This document shows positions 39,960 through 53,630 of a stretch of DNA of 64,000 nt, in pieces; positions within the stretch are counted from its first letter, which is position 1; each line of letters begins with the position of its first letter. Below the pieces are notes generated by a model. It was given only the letters and a program-made list of their open reading frames with translations. It searched no databases and was not told the origin of the DNA. This DNA is from Octopus vulgaris (taxonomy: Eukaryota). The DNA lies in NCBI GenBank assembly GCA_951406725.2, contig OX597828.1, positions 11,098,001 to 11,162,000 on the forward strand, given 5' to 3'. Position numbers and translations under genes: made by a program.

Positions 39960-41300
39960 AGTCCCTCAGCAATCGCAACACTATTCTCCATCAGAGTCCT
40001 GGATGCGCTTGTGTAAGGCTATTTAGATTTCTCTTCTTCATCATCTAAAATGGCAGCTTGCCGTACAGTTGCTCATTGGTCAATTTCTACATCCAGGTGG
40101 CGGCTGAAGGCCGTCTGTCAGATTAATTCTAAGAATCTTCTCTTGACTTCTTTGGCGAGATTACAAGTTTACATATTCTTCGTATCGGTGAGCACTTTCC
40201 AAACAAGGCTTTTGTTCACAATTATCTCCTTTTCTTATCCCACCATAAGAATTTGAGGATCTCGAAGCATTTTTACTACGTATTCTATAGAACAAGTTTT
40301 CTTTCAGTAGTCTTTATCCGCTGATACACTACTATGATGTATACCACTTCTTTCACTTTCTTCAGATTAAAATGAAACACGACTTTCTTTGTTGCACTCA
40401 GTTTTTAATCTCAACATGAGGGTTTGCACATTCGCGATTTCGTCCGATAAAAATGTAACGATGTCAACAAAGTCCAGACCAGTCAGCGTCACATATCAGC
40501 CTTTTCCGCATTTCTTTTGTGCTGTGATGAGTTAAAACACGGTGAGAGTATGGACCAAAATACGACAAACAAGAAGAGTGTCAGTGCATTATCTTGTAGT
40601 ACTCCAGGTCGCAGTGGGATTAATCAAGCTACAGGCTTGGTGTACAAAGCCTTTTTGCCTTATAAGAAATGCGGGAAGGCCTGATCTTGAAGATCATGGT
40701 CAGGTTTCCCCGAAGAAGTGAATCAAATAATTTCTAGAAGTCGTTAAATATCAAGATTAGTGAGAGATTGTTTCACTTCACCTCTTCTATTGTTCTCCAG
40801 GGCCATTCTCTTCGTCATAATTATCCGCTTGTCCCACACTGATTCAAATGAGGCTCACCAGATTATACCTGATTGTGCAGCTTCACACAGATAGTACTCT
40901 TCTCATCCCACGATAGTTGCAGTTCTTGCTAGGAGATACTGACTTTTGAATAAGTGTTCTACCGTTCTTGATTGTCGTCCTTCCTTAGTAATGTATTGCA
41001 TGTGTTTTATAAGATATCCTCTAGGCAATCATTTTGAGCCATTCAGATTTGATGCCTATGTGTTCAACATTCTTTCCTTGTTTTCGAAAGATTTTCTTTC
41101 AGTTTTTTTCTCAGCTCAGCCACGGAAGATATACCGTTGCTATTGACAAGTATTGTGCAGATATCACCATCACTGTTTGGAAGATTCTTCAGTATACTAT
41201 TAAAGAGCTTCAACCACGTCTATACCACGTGCTGATTTGACTTGCGTTGGACTTCCTTCTATTTACCATGATCCTCATGCACCCTACTTCCCCACGATCG
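39960..41300 (-). mobile_element. Old, degraded RTE-clade LINE reverse transcriptase remnant
   Basis: Hand translation of the minus strand gives, in the expected order, KNCNYRG (~40915), GVLQDNALTLFLFVV (~40590; cf. GVLQGDTLAPYLF) and LTGLDFVDIVTFLSDEI (~40460; cf. DLDFADDIALLS). Confidence 0.7.
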
Positions 41301-41431
41301 TATCTTCGTTGGCTATGCCTATCTCGCTAACTATTTAAACACGAGCTGACAGTTAATATGAAATCAGCGCACGTTCAGAACTGTGATACGTAATGTTTAC
41401 TTGTGATATTGTGTTGCTTTATATATTATGT

Positions 41432-41708
41432 GGAGGCGCGTGACTTAGTGGTTAGGGTGTCAGCACCATGATCGTAAGATTGTGGTTTCGATTCCTGGAC
41501 CGGGCAACGCGTTGTGTTCTTGAGCAAAACATTTCATTTCACGTTGCTCCAGTCCACTCAGCTGGCAAAAAATGAGTAGCGCTGCGGCGGACTGGCGGAC
41601 TGGCGTCCCGTCCAGCTGGGGAATACACACGCCATTGAAACCGGGAAACTGGGCCCATGAGCCTAGCTAAGCTTTAAAAGGGCACATTTATTTATTTATT
41701 TTTATTTA
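41432..41708 (+). mobile_element. SINE with family-C head and body plus family-D-type tail, with TSD
   Basis: A and B boxes, cacgttgctccagtccactcagctggcaaaaa as in the 10873 copy, and a (TTTA)n tail. The 14-bp TSD tttatatattatgt lies at 41418-31 and 41709-22. Confidence 0.9.
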
Positions 41709-41854
41709 TTTATATATTATGTTCATAATATATTTCGTCCTGGTCAACATATTGTTCATATATAATATGATTATAAGTAAATTATACATGACACACATTC
41801 TCTAATATATATTGCGATTAAATGTGATACATTTAAGCGCAAAATATGAGCAAA

Positions 41855-42350
41855 TACTGGTTTCATATTTTGGCACAATACCAGCAATTTTAGGGGAAGT
41901 GTAAAATCGATTACATCAATCCAAGTGCTTGCACTAGTTTAGTTGACCTCGATAGGATAATAGGGGAAAGTCGACCTCGGCGGAATTTGAATTCAGAACG
42001 TAATACGGACGAAATGACGCTAAACATATTGTGTGGCGTGCCAACACTTCCACTAGTTTGTCATCTTATTTAGTGAATGAATATTGGTTCAAATTTTGAG
42101 ACAGGGACAGCAATTTCGAGGGAACGTGGAAGTCGATTAGGTCGACCTTAGTGCACAACCGGTACTTATTATATCGACCTCAAAAGGATAAAAGGCTAAG
42201 TCGACCTCGACGGAATTTGATATCAGAACCTAATATATAGTGAATAAATATTGATTTGAGATGATGGCACAAGGTCAGCAAGTAAGGTAGACGGACTAAG
42301 GCGATTACATCGACCCCAACGCTCAACTAGTGCTTATTCTAATCAAATCC
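41855..42350 (-). mobile_element. Three tandem diverged family-B SINEs (tail 2)
   Basis: Three repeats of attggtt(t)ca...gcacaa..ccagcaa...gattacatcgacc; the first two include gtcgacctcg.cggaatttga. Confidence 0.8.
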
Positions 42351-42389
42351 GTAGGATTTAGCATTTTGCCAAAGATTTCGTCAGATCGC

Positions 42390-42715
42390 TGAGGCCGACC
42401 AAAGCCTTGTGATTAGATTTGGTAGACGGAAACTGAAAGAGGCCCGTCGTATACACACACATACATACATATATGTATGTATGTATGTATGTATGTGTAT
42501 CTCTTTCTGCCTGTGTTTGTCCTCCCATCACCGCTTGACAACCGGTGTTGGTGTGTTTACGTTCCCGTAATCTAGCAGCTAGGCAATAGAGACCAATAGA
42601 ATAAGTACTAAGCTTTAAAAACAATAAGTCCTGGCGTCGATTTGTGTGACTAAAACCCTCCAAGGCGTTGCTCTAGCATGACTGCGGTCAAATGACTGAA
42701 GCAAGTAAAAAAAAA
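42390..42715 (+). mobile_element. 3' part of SINE family A
   Basis: ggccgaccaaagccttgtg...gacggaaactgaaagaggcccgtcgt[microsatellite]...aaatgactgaagcaagtaaaa. Confidence 0.85.
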
Positions 42716-43387
42716 ATCCTTAATATATAATGAATCATATGATGAACAATACATTGTATTATGTAATACACGTAACGTAACTCCTTATATGTCATGATTG
42801 AATGCATACAAGTGCTCCAAGTTCTCTGCAATAATAAGGTGATGACACATTAAAACAAACACCACAAAACATAGAAAAACATTAGTTCAGTCAGTCTACA
42901 TTCAAATCTTATCGTCTTTAACTTTCATTCCCCGGGGAACGATAAAACAAATGTCTGCAACATTTTCGATAAGAATAATAAACGATTTAATTAGAAATTT
43001 CTCAGTTATATATGGTAACTATATTTCCGTAACAATATTCGTACAACGTCTTTAAATGTATGAGTTACCTTTAGGGGCTCAAAAATCGGAATGATAATGA
43101 GAATGTTAATAAGAATATAAATAAGCATGTTAATACTCATGCAGATGAGAATGTAAATACGAAGGAAATTTGAAGCTAAATATATTCATATATTTGGAAC
43201 AGCTTACACCGCAGCAGAGTTTGAGTTTTTGAATATTTTGCGTTTTAAGTCTTCACTTCAAGCAAAGAGACGCTCAAAAACGCATTGATACACGAAATCA
43301 CACACACAAACATACAAGAACACATACATACATACATACATACATACATACATACATACATACATACATACATACTCTCTTTCTGAT

Positions 43388-43389
43388 TG

Positions 43390-43442
<53 letters not shown>

Positions 43443-43663
43443 ATACATATACATATACATATACGTACACACATGTATGTGCATTCATCCCACAATACAT
43501 ACATACATATATACATACACACATATATATGTGTATGTATACACACAGACATACAAGCACAAAAACAAGCATAAATACGCGAGCGTTAACATAGTGATCA
43601 TGCATATCTATTGGGGGATGAATGCACATACATGTGTGTACGTATATGTATATGTATGTGTAT

Positions 43664-43724
<61 letters not shown>

Positions 43725-43726
43725 CA
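43388..43726. repeat. Long inverted repeat, ~110-bp arms and ~110-bp spacer
   Basis: (tcta)n...cgtacacacatgtatgtgcattcatcccacaata (to 43497) pairs with tattgggggatgaatgcacatacatgtgtgtacg...(gata)n (from 43609). Confidence 0.92.
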
Positions 43727-43819
43727 GACAGAGAGAGGGTATGGAGAGAGAGATATGTATATATATATACATACACATATATATGTTTTAATATATATAT
43801 GAGCCCCAGCATTTTTCCT

Positions 43820-44007
43820 AGGCGCATGAGTGGCAGTTTGGTAAGTAGATTGTTCACCAACTACATGGTTCCGAGTTCATTCCCACTGCGTGGCACCTTC
43901 GGCAAGTGTCTTCTACTATGGCTTCGGGCCGACCAAAGCCTTTTGAGAGGATCTCGTAGACGGAAACTGAAAGAAGCCTGTCGTACATATGTATATATAT
44001 ATATATA

Positions 44008-44041
<34 letters not shown>

Positions 44042-44240
44042 TGTCTGTGTTTCCCCCCCCCCCCAACATCGCATGACAATCGACGTTGTTGTGTTTACGT
44101 TCCCGTAACTTAGCGGTTCGGCAAAAGAGACGGATAGAATAAGTACTAGGCTTACAAATAATAAGTCCTAGGGTCGATTTGCTCGACTAAAGCATGTGCT
44201 CCAGCATGGCCTCATTCAAACGACTGAAACAATTAAAAGA
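43820..44240 (+). mobile_element. SINE family A, full length
   Basis: Colinear with 5272-5688 and contains caccttcggcaagtg and the internal (TA)n(TG)n. Confidence 0.9.
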
Positions 44241-44362
44241 GACACACAAACACACACACATGTAAATACATACAGGTAGAAATAAATATACAGATATGCA
44301 TTTACATATAAATACATTTATAAATTTATATATATACGTGCCTATATCCGTATATGTGTGTG

Positions 44363-44547
<185 letters not shown>

Positions 44548-44819
44548 AGTCTGTTTCGCTGTCTTCCTCAAAACCTCATTTTTTCCTTCCTCTGCCTCTT
44601 TATTGCTTTGCTACCCTAATTCTATATTACTGAGCTTCCGAATCAATCCTGCGTTTCCGCTATAGTGGTTTCCCCTTCATCACCTGCTCCGTCAATGAAC
44701 GAATATAGTTTTCGTATACCAAAAACAATATTACTAAAAATTATATAAACTAGGCAACGATAAATTTAATAAAAATAAAGTAATCAGAATATATATGTGC
44801 GTATATATTTATATACACA

Positions 44820-44854
<35 letters not shown>

Positions 44855-45131
44855 AATATAAGAGAGTGGTCATATATTGATCATAGCACCAGTTAATCCA
44901 AAAGGTTTCAACCACGAAAAATACATGTTTCCCATGAAAGCCAGTACGACTGTTAGCTCACACGGACAGGGCAAATAAAAAATAAAAAAAATATACCACT
45001 CTTATATTTATTTTGTGAAAATATTATAATATGTTATAAAATATTATAATAATCCAGGTTTCTCGTATAGGCCACTTGGTGTGGAATAAATATACTATTA
45101 AATTAGTATCTAATTCTCTCACCCTTATTAA

Positions 45132-45189
<58 letters not shown>

Positions 45190-45285
45190 TATATATATAT
45201 GTATGTATGTGTGCGTATTTGTGTCTGTATATATACATATGTGTATATATTTATATGTATATATATATATGTATATATGTATATA

Positions 45286-45326
<41 letters not shown>

Positions 45327-45956
45327 CGTACAGAAAATAATCTTGAACAGGATCCAAGAAGATTTTTCAACCTTAAAAATGGAAGTTGAAATAATGAAAC
45401 TGTGTGTATCCATGTGTATGTGCGTATATGTGTGTGTTTTTGTGTGCGTGTATGTGTGTGCGTCTCTCAGTCTAACTGTCTCTGTATTGCGTTTACCCAT
45501 CTGCGTATGCTATGCGTATATATGTTAATACTCATTTTCCATGGCTATTTCTTAAATGCGTTTCTGGGGCATTTTTTTCTACTCCTCAGTATACATCCTA
45601 CAATCTTATTTTAACTTCCTTATGTTTGATTAGTTCAGAGAGTATCGAAATCGAGACGACGGTGTCTGCAGTGTTGTTGCTGCTGTTATTATTGTTTTTT
45701 ATGTGGTAGTGATACCAGGAAAAGGTTTAAGACGTCGTGTTGTTCATAGTGTCGGATGGGTCGCTTACTGTTAATTTTGCTTTCTAAAGTTATTTTTATT
45801 ATATCTACTGTGCTAGAACATTCAGTCCCACAGAAATATTGTTCATCTGTCTTCTTTATTCACTCCATCGACTCTCTTATAAACACTACTTACTCTTTCT
45901 TCGCCACCTCCTGCTCTCTCCCTCTCACCCTTTACAAACACACTCACTAGGCATAC

Positions 45957-46019
<63 letters not shown>

Positions 46020-46091
46020 TATGCACGCACACAAATATGATATATAAATATATATACACATGCATGTATATCTATTTCTAACTACACACAT

Positions 46092-46124
<33 letters not shown>

Positions 46125-46564
46125 GCTTACACATATATTTACATATATGTGTACTTATATATATACATATATATATATATATACATGTATGTATGTACGT
46201 TCTGTCTTTCTCTGGAATGATTTTCCTTTTTATCCCATTTATCAATCGTGATGTATACATACCTATATACGAGTGTCTCAAAGGTGCGCGTATTTGCTTG
46301 TGCGTATGTAGTATGCGCACGCGATATGTGTAGATGTGTAGAATGTGGAGACTGTGTATATGTTTTCGCGCTTGTGTTCCTGTGTGTGCCTGTATGCCAG
46401 TGCACTTGTGTGAGTGTGAGTGTGTATGTGGATATGTGTGTGTGTGCTCGCACATGTGTGTCTACGCGTGTGTGGTATTGGGAAATATTCTTACGGATGC
46501 AGCTCCCAAATAAATATATTTTGATGTTTTATAAACCACCTAATTAATTCCCATATCCACATAT

Positions 46565-47282
46565 ACTTGTTGCTCTTGTTGTGGTTGACGTGGTAGCTGT
46601 TGTTGTTGTTGTTGTGGTGTTCTTGCTCTTGCTGTTTTTGTTGTTGTTGTTGTTGTTATGATGTTTATTATTGTTGTCTTTTTGTTGTTAATGGTGTTCG
46701 TCTTGCTGGAAAAGTTATGCTTGTTGGTAGTGAATTCATTTTTTTATTTGTTATGTATTTATTTACTATATATATATGTTGTTCTTTTGTTTTTTTCTGT
46801 TCTTATATACCATTCCGGTGTTTCTTTAGATTAAGCAATCCTCTTGTGAACTCTTCTTGCTAATATCATAACTACTCTTGACGATAATGGCTGTGGTGGT
46901 GGTGGTGCTGCTGCTGCTACTAAAGAAGAAGAGAGTGAAGAAGAAAGAAAAGAAGAAGAAGACGAAGAAGAGGAGGAGAAGCAGAAGAAGACGATTACGA
47001 CGACTATGACGACGACGACGATGATGATGATGATGATGAGGATGAGGATGGTGATGACGATGATTATGAAGATGGTGGTGGTGGTGGTGGTGGCGGTAGT
47101 GGTGGTGGTGGTGGTGGCGGTGGTAGTTGTGGTTTTGGTGATGGTGGTGAGGATGATGATGGTAATGATGAGGATGATGGTGATGATGATGATGGTGATG
47201 ATGATGGTGATGATGATGGTGATGATGATGACGGTGATGATGATGAGGATGGTGATGATGATGATGGTGATGATGATGATGG

Positions 47283-47317
<35 letters not shown>

Positions 47318-47525
47318 GGGGGAGAACTGGAGAATGTGGAAGGGATGATAATTGCAATGACGACGAGTACTATTATTCATATTATAAATAATATTAACGA
47401 AAAACGATAATTAAATTATTGTGTGATAACGACGATGAGGATCGTGATAACGATGATAATGATGACAAGGAGGAAGAGGAGGACGAGGAGGACGGGGAAG
47501 ACGGTGGTGATAATGATGATGATGG

Positions 47526-47566
<41 letters not shown>

Positions 47567-47620
47567 TAGATGAGGATGATGAAGATGAGGATCTTCATTA
47601 TAATGGTGGTGATAATAATT
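46565..47620. repeat. Compound trinucleotide region (GTT, GGT, GAA, GAT, GAG)
   Basis: Directly visible; source of the poly-His, poly-Met and poly-Asp ORFs. Confidence 0.95.
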
Positions 47621-47681
47621 TACTGCAGTCGATACTGCAGAATCTACTCTTGATCATTGTGTATATATTTCGATGAGAGAG

Positions 47682-47718
<37 letters not shown>

Positions 47719-48187
47719 AAGAGACAGAACGGGAGAGAGAATAAGAGTGAGAAAGATCTAGTGAGACAGAGAGAAGAAAGATAGAAAGAGAAAGAATGAG
47801 AGAAAAAGAGGTGGAGAGAAAGAAGTAAAGGTAACGATAATTATGAGAGATTAGAAAGAAAAACAAGGATTTGAGATTTCAATGGAGAGCCTGGTTTGGC
47901 CGCATTGCTTTTAATTTTAATGAATTACACAAATAGAATTTTAGATATTGTATTTTAAGATGCCAGGTGCTGATTTGCCATTTTCTTTTCTAGAAAGTTT
48001 GTTATGAACCGAATAATTTCTCCTTTGTGTAAATGATCCTGTAAAGCGATATTAAATTTTCATGCATACAAACAAACGCATAGAGATTTTTGCTTATTTA
48101 TACACACATACACGTACATACACACACACACAAACATACACACATACCCCCCACACACACAACACACACACACACGCTTACTCACAG

Positions 48188-48520
<333 letters not shown>

Positions 48521-48865
48521 TGTTTCTTTATTAGCCACACAGGGCTGCACACAGACAGGACAAATTACAAGGTAGAACTTTTCTTTTGGGGATAAAAAAG
48601 GGGGTTTGGTTTTCGATCAAAAGGGATCGTAAAAGGAAAGAAAGAGGGAAAAAGGGGGGGGGATAAAAATAAAAGGAAAACGAAAAAAATCGATCAATAG
48701 GGATCGTTATCACAGAAATGTCAATATAAAGTGTAAAGGGGAGGACAGGTGTGGTTTAACCGTGGAAAGAAAAGCCTACGGAAAAGATCACGTTAACCTC
48801 GGTCAATGAAGTCACATGTTATATATTTTTACAAATAAGCAACTCTCTGTATTAATTTTTACGGT

Positions 48866-51577
48866 TCATAGGATCATAGTCAAGGTGGTTTCGTCATTCA
48901 TACGTGCCATCCTTGCTACATTCACCCATCGTTTTTTAAAACATTCACTAGACAAAACTTGCCTCTCTACTCTCACTTTCCTCTTCAGGTGATGCTTGAA
49001 GAAGTTGATGAGAGATTGACCAGAGAGGAAAGTGTTTGTCTCTAATCCTTTCAGGCGCGTCCACCAGATACATTCCTTCGCCATAGCCACAAGTATGATA
49101 AAAATAGCTCTTCCTTCCCGTTTGGAGGAAGGAAGCGGGACGATATTAACGATAGACTCGGCTGATAAACTGACACGTCCCACACGTGACAGCAGTCGTC
49201 CGACATAAGCCCACAGGTCTGAGATTGTTGGACACTGCACGATTGCGTGCAGAACGGTTTCGTCGCTCTACCCGCATCTCGGGCAGGTCGGCCCGGTGTT
49301 TCTCGAGCCATGCCTGTAGAGCTTATCCCGAACGGGTAGCGCTTCTCGGTAGCACTGCCAGGCCAGGGATCTCTGGAAGTTGTCCATAGGTCCCGGCCCG
49401 AAAGTCGTTTCAAACAGGCGGGTCAGGTATTCCTCGTCGGCACCCAGGTTTGCCCCAAGATCGTCGTCGTACCCGCCCCTCCACTATTCCCCTATAGAAT
49501 GCTTTGGTTGTGTTGAAGTCACTCAAGGTCGACCCAGGACGGCAGAGTTGCTTGAGAGCAACGCAACACTCGCGGTGCCATTCACCCTTCCTCGGCCTCT
49601 TTTTGATCCACGACTGCAGTTCGGTCATTGAGACGAGCTGCGGGAAAGCGTGCCTCACAAACGGCGACCACACCTGTTCACCGTCGTCTACATAGAGCCG
49701 GAGATGTCGCAGTCTCAGCGCGTGTCTGCGCATCATCAACCACGGCATGCCCAGCCCTCCTTTTAACGGGTGTTGACAGCAAATGGATCGCCTGACCGTC
49801 GGGACGCATCCTTTCCACAAGAAGCAGAAGAGAATGCATTCTAGTTTGGTGATGGTAGGGTCGGGACAAGGTACGACGGTTAGGCGGTAGTAGATGATGG
49901 ACGCGATGTACGTGTTCGCCACCTCCGCCCGACGTTTGTGCCTTGTCGACCAGTTTATCGATGCCGAGCGCCAACCTCTTGGCTAACACCTTTCTCAAAA
50001 TTTTCAGGTCTGCATTGAGCAGAGTGATTGGCCTAAAGTTATCTATAATGTCCCCCTTGTTCGGATCTTTCTTCAGCAGCGTTACGGCTCCTGGACTCAC
50101 AAAACCGGGTATGCTCCCGTTTTGCTGCCAGTTGCAGTATACCGCTGCCTAGACGTCTCCAAACAAGTCTGGCATACTCGTAAAACTCGTAGGGCAGACC
50201 ATCCAAACCCGGCGATTTGTCTCTCGAGCATTCTGCCATTCCGTCCCGCATATCCGCCGCCGTGATGGCACCTTCGCAGCACTCTGCCTCTCTTGCCGAG
50301 AGTCGTGGTAGGCTGTGCAGGTAGGCACTGAAGTCCATCCTGCGTTCACGCTCGCCACTCGTTCCGTACAGTCGGGCAAATTGCCGGTGAAATGCCTCGC
50401 ACATCTTTCTGGGCTCGAGCAATTCGCGCCCTTGTTCATCTACAAGATGGCGGCTTTGTTGCCCTGCTGCGCCTCCGCCACCCGGGCCTCCCTCGTGGCT
50501 CCAACACCTTCCATCCTTAGAGCATGCATCCTAGCCCTGACAGCACACCCTTCGTGTTTGGCGTTGAAGTGTTGGTCAAGGGCCAACATCGCCGCTAAAA
50601 CGTCGGATGTGATGCCGCTTCTTATTGCCTCTTCTAACTTCTTAACTAACTCACCCTCTACTCTATTTCTATCTACGGCTAGTGCCTTGCTATATCTAAT
50701 TGCTTCCGCTTTTACTGCTCTCTTGAGGGCGAACCACCATTTTTTGTTGACGATGGCTCCCGTTAAACCTCTTTTTACTAACGTGTTGATTCTGTCTCTG
50801 AAAACCTGTCTGGACGGGAAAGATGCGTTCAGTTCCCAGTAACCGGGACCTTATCTATGTGCCTTATCTAAGTCTAGCGTACACGTCACGAATTTGTGAT
50901 CCGTGTAGCTGACAGTGTGGAATTGTGGACATCCTAAGTTATCCCTATCTACTGTCCTACACAGTATCCTATCTAGATACGATCTTGACAACCCACTGCG
51001 GTTGCTCCATGTCCACGTTGGTGCATTTGGGTGATCGAGTCGGTACCTGTCAGACAATTGGAATCGTCTGAGCAGGTCTCTGAGGCATTTGCATCCCCTT
51101 CTGTTTTTGTCTCTCCCCACATAGTCTAGATGCGTGTCCAAGGTAGCATTCCAACCCCCCACTAAAAGTAAAGGACGAGACGTTCCCAGGAATACTTCTA
51201 GACGTCGAAAGAAATCCGGCCGACCTGTTAAAGGCGGTGCGTAGACTGATACGAGTCGAAAAGCGCACCCATTGCTGCCGTCGACATCCTGAACGACCAG
51301 TCTACCCTCCGGGTCTACGAATATCGTCTTGACTTCGAGATCCAGGCTCTTGTGAAAAAGTACCGTGGTGCCACTACCGCCCATCCTCGGCAGACAGGGA
51401 GAAAAATAAATGTTAAACTGTTCCTCCAAACATGGACTTTAGGGCCCGTGGCTCGTAGAATCTGGTCTCACTTATGGCTATGATTCCCAAATCGTGTGAC
51501 TTGATGTCATTTAGGAGGTACCCTTGTTTCCAAGGAGACCCCAAGCCACGCGCATTCACACAACCAATCTTGAACAT
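48866..51577 (-). pseudogene. LINE ORF2 (APE endonuclease, partial RT, C-terminal Zn finger), frameshifted
   Basis: MFKIGCVNARG...IIAISETR; RLVSVYAP; LLVGGWN (GDWN with D to G); SYLDRI; TDHK; KSPGLDGLPYEFY; NFRPITLLNADLKI; HPLKGGLGMP; CPRC...HAIVQC. Confidence 0.92.
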
Positions 51578-51581
51578 GATT

Positions 51582-52994
51582 CTATTGGGGTGTGTGCTTT
51601 AAAACACAAAAAGGAAGGTACAGAGAGTTACTTACTTGTGTCGAAAGTTTTGGCTTCCTCGTCCTTTGATGTGTCTTGGAGGAGGTTTTTGTACAGTTTT
51701 TTCGAGAGATATTTTTGGAACCCCCCACCAACCGCATTTGGAAAGAGGGCTTTGAGTGTGTGGTGATGTGTAGTATTTTGATGTGTTTCGGTGGTGCAGT
51801 GCGTGGATGGTTGTTAGTTTTGAGGTCATCTTCACAGATGTTTGTGTGGGATGTGATGTACTCCATTAGTTTTGAGTCTTTGGTGTCTATCGCTGATAGC
51901 ATAGTGTGTGTTTTTGTGGTGTTTGTGCTGGTTTGGTTGTGTAAGGAGCTTTCAGGGTTCAGATATCTCCCTGCTTTGGTTGAGTTTTCTTGTTTGGGTT
52001 TTTTTAAATCTTTTTCTTTTTGCCATTCTGTCGAACTTTCATGGTTTGACGAAGAGTGTGACGAATCAGAAGGGGGTAAGGGCAAAGCATCTGGGTCTGT
52101 TTGTGCGGTTGTAGATATTGTTGTGGTGTGCGTGGGGGGGTGTTGCTTGGGGTTTGGTGTGGTAATTGTCTCTTCTACATCCTCGGTGCTTGTCTTCTTG
52201 GTTGTTGTTCTTGGTGTTGGAATTGATTTAGTTGTTGTTGGTGGTGTTGATTCTGTTCTTGGCGCAGGTGGTGGTGTTGTTTGGTTGGGTTGGTTCGTTC
52301 TTTGTTACTTTTCATGCATTTCTGCATATAACTGCTTGATTAGCCGTCCATACTGTGGTGTGGGCAATAACGCTGGCTTTTTTGGTTTTTCTTGCGGCTG
52401 TTGTTGTTGTTGTCGTTGTTTCGCGGCAGATTTGCACTCCTTTTTGAGGTGTGCTTCACTGCCGCATATATAGCAGCGTGGCCTTCTGCCCTCGACTACT
52501 ACATACAACTAGTGGTCTTCCGCAAGATGTATATGAGTGAGTATTTTGTTAATGGCGTCTTGGTTTATGTGGAGGAGAATCTCTAGTCTCTTTCCCACCC
52601 AGTTCTTGTGTTCCGAAACAGCGATTGGCAGGATGTTTATGTCCTCCATTTCGACGCATATGGCCGATGTTATCCATTGTATCTCTACTATTTTAGGAAC
52701 ATTATTGATAATGACTTTTCTTACCCTCTGGCCAAGCTAACTGGGTATCATTGTTAGCTCATCTGAATGAAGAGTTAGCATTGAGAATTGTTTTGCTATC
52801 TCTTCATTTTGAAAAACTACCTGTACGTGGGCAAACTTGTTCGACCAAGTTACATACTCATAGTATCCCCATATGGGGCGTAGGCATTTTTTGATTTTGT
52901 CTGTGTTTGCTTTTCTGGACTTTTAGTTGTGTTGTTTATTATTTTATATACAATTGTTCTCTTTTTTCGTCATCAAGTATGTGTTGAGGTATCT
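51582..52994 (-). pseudogene. LINE ORF1 (gag-like, CCHC zinc knuckle), disrupted
   Basis: GRRPRCYICGSEAHLKKEC is C-x2-C-x4-H-x4-C, followed by a Pro/Thr-rich region. The TAG at 51584-51582 lies four bases before the ORF2 ATG. Confidence 0.85.

Positions 52995-53081
<87 letters not shown>
52995..53081. repeat. (GATA)n tract, right flank of the LINE
   Basis: Directly visible. Confidence 0.97.
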
Positions 53082-53082
<1 letters not shown>

Positions 53083-53089
53083 CGTGGGA

Positions 53090-53344
53090 GATTAGTAAGA
53101 AGATTTCTTTTCAACCACAAGATTCACGGTTCTGTCACACTGCTCGACCACTCTAGGCAGAAGGCTGGAAATTTTGGGAGAGGGGGCCAGTCGATTAGAC
53201 CAACCCTGAAAGGATGAAAGGCAAAGTCGACCTCGGCGGTATTTGAACTCAGAAAGTGTTTTCTTCTATAGCCCAGGCCGACCAAAGCTTCGGAAGTAGA
53301 TTTGGTTTGACGAAAACTGAAAGAAGCTCGTATGTCCACGCATA

Positions 53345-53388
<44 letters not shown>

Positions 53389-53575
53389 AATACACACATG
53401 TACATGTGCGTGTGTGTGTGCTCACCGCAGTGTAGCAGTTACACATTAGAGACCGTCGGAATGAATAAAGTTAAAAAATAAGCAGCAGTTGGGTGGATTC
53501 GTTGGGTTGAAGCCGTTGAAGACAATGCCCCAGTATGGCTGCAGTCAAATGACGGAAACATGTAAAGGGATAAAA
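53090..53575 (+). mobile_element. Diverged SINE family A with a nested minus-strand family-B fragment (~53155-53253)
   Basis: caaccacaagattcacggttc...[gaaaggatgaaaggcaaagtcgacctcggcggtatttgaactcag]...aagtgttttcttctatagcccaggccgacc. Confidence 0.75.
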
Positions 53576-53630
53576 TATTTATTCTTTATTCTTTTATTCA
53601 TTACTCTTTTATTCTTTTCAACGAAAAGTT

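Larger units (their letters stand above)
48521..52994 (-). mobile_element. L1/Tx1-type LINE, 5'-truncated within ORF1 and lacking the RT core
   Basis: Two-ORF layout with a zinc-knuckle ORF1, an APE-endonuclease/RT ORF2 and a ~345-bp 3' UTR ending taataaagaaaca. (GATA)n flanks both sides. Confidence 0.93.

Noticed and set aside
46826-47676. Poly-His, poly-Met and poly-Asp ORFs as a metal-binding or acidic protein
   Set aside because: These are compound trinucleotide repeats open in many frames, with no unique coding flank.
51676-52473. 265-aa plus-strand ORF
   Set aside because: Antisense shadow of the A/C-rich LINE ORF1.
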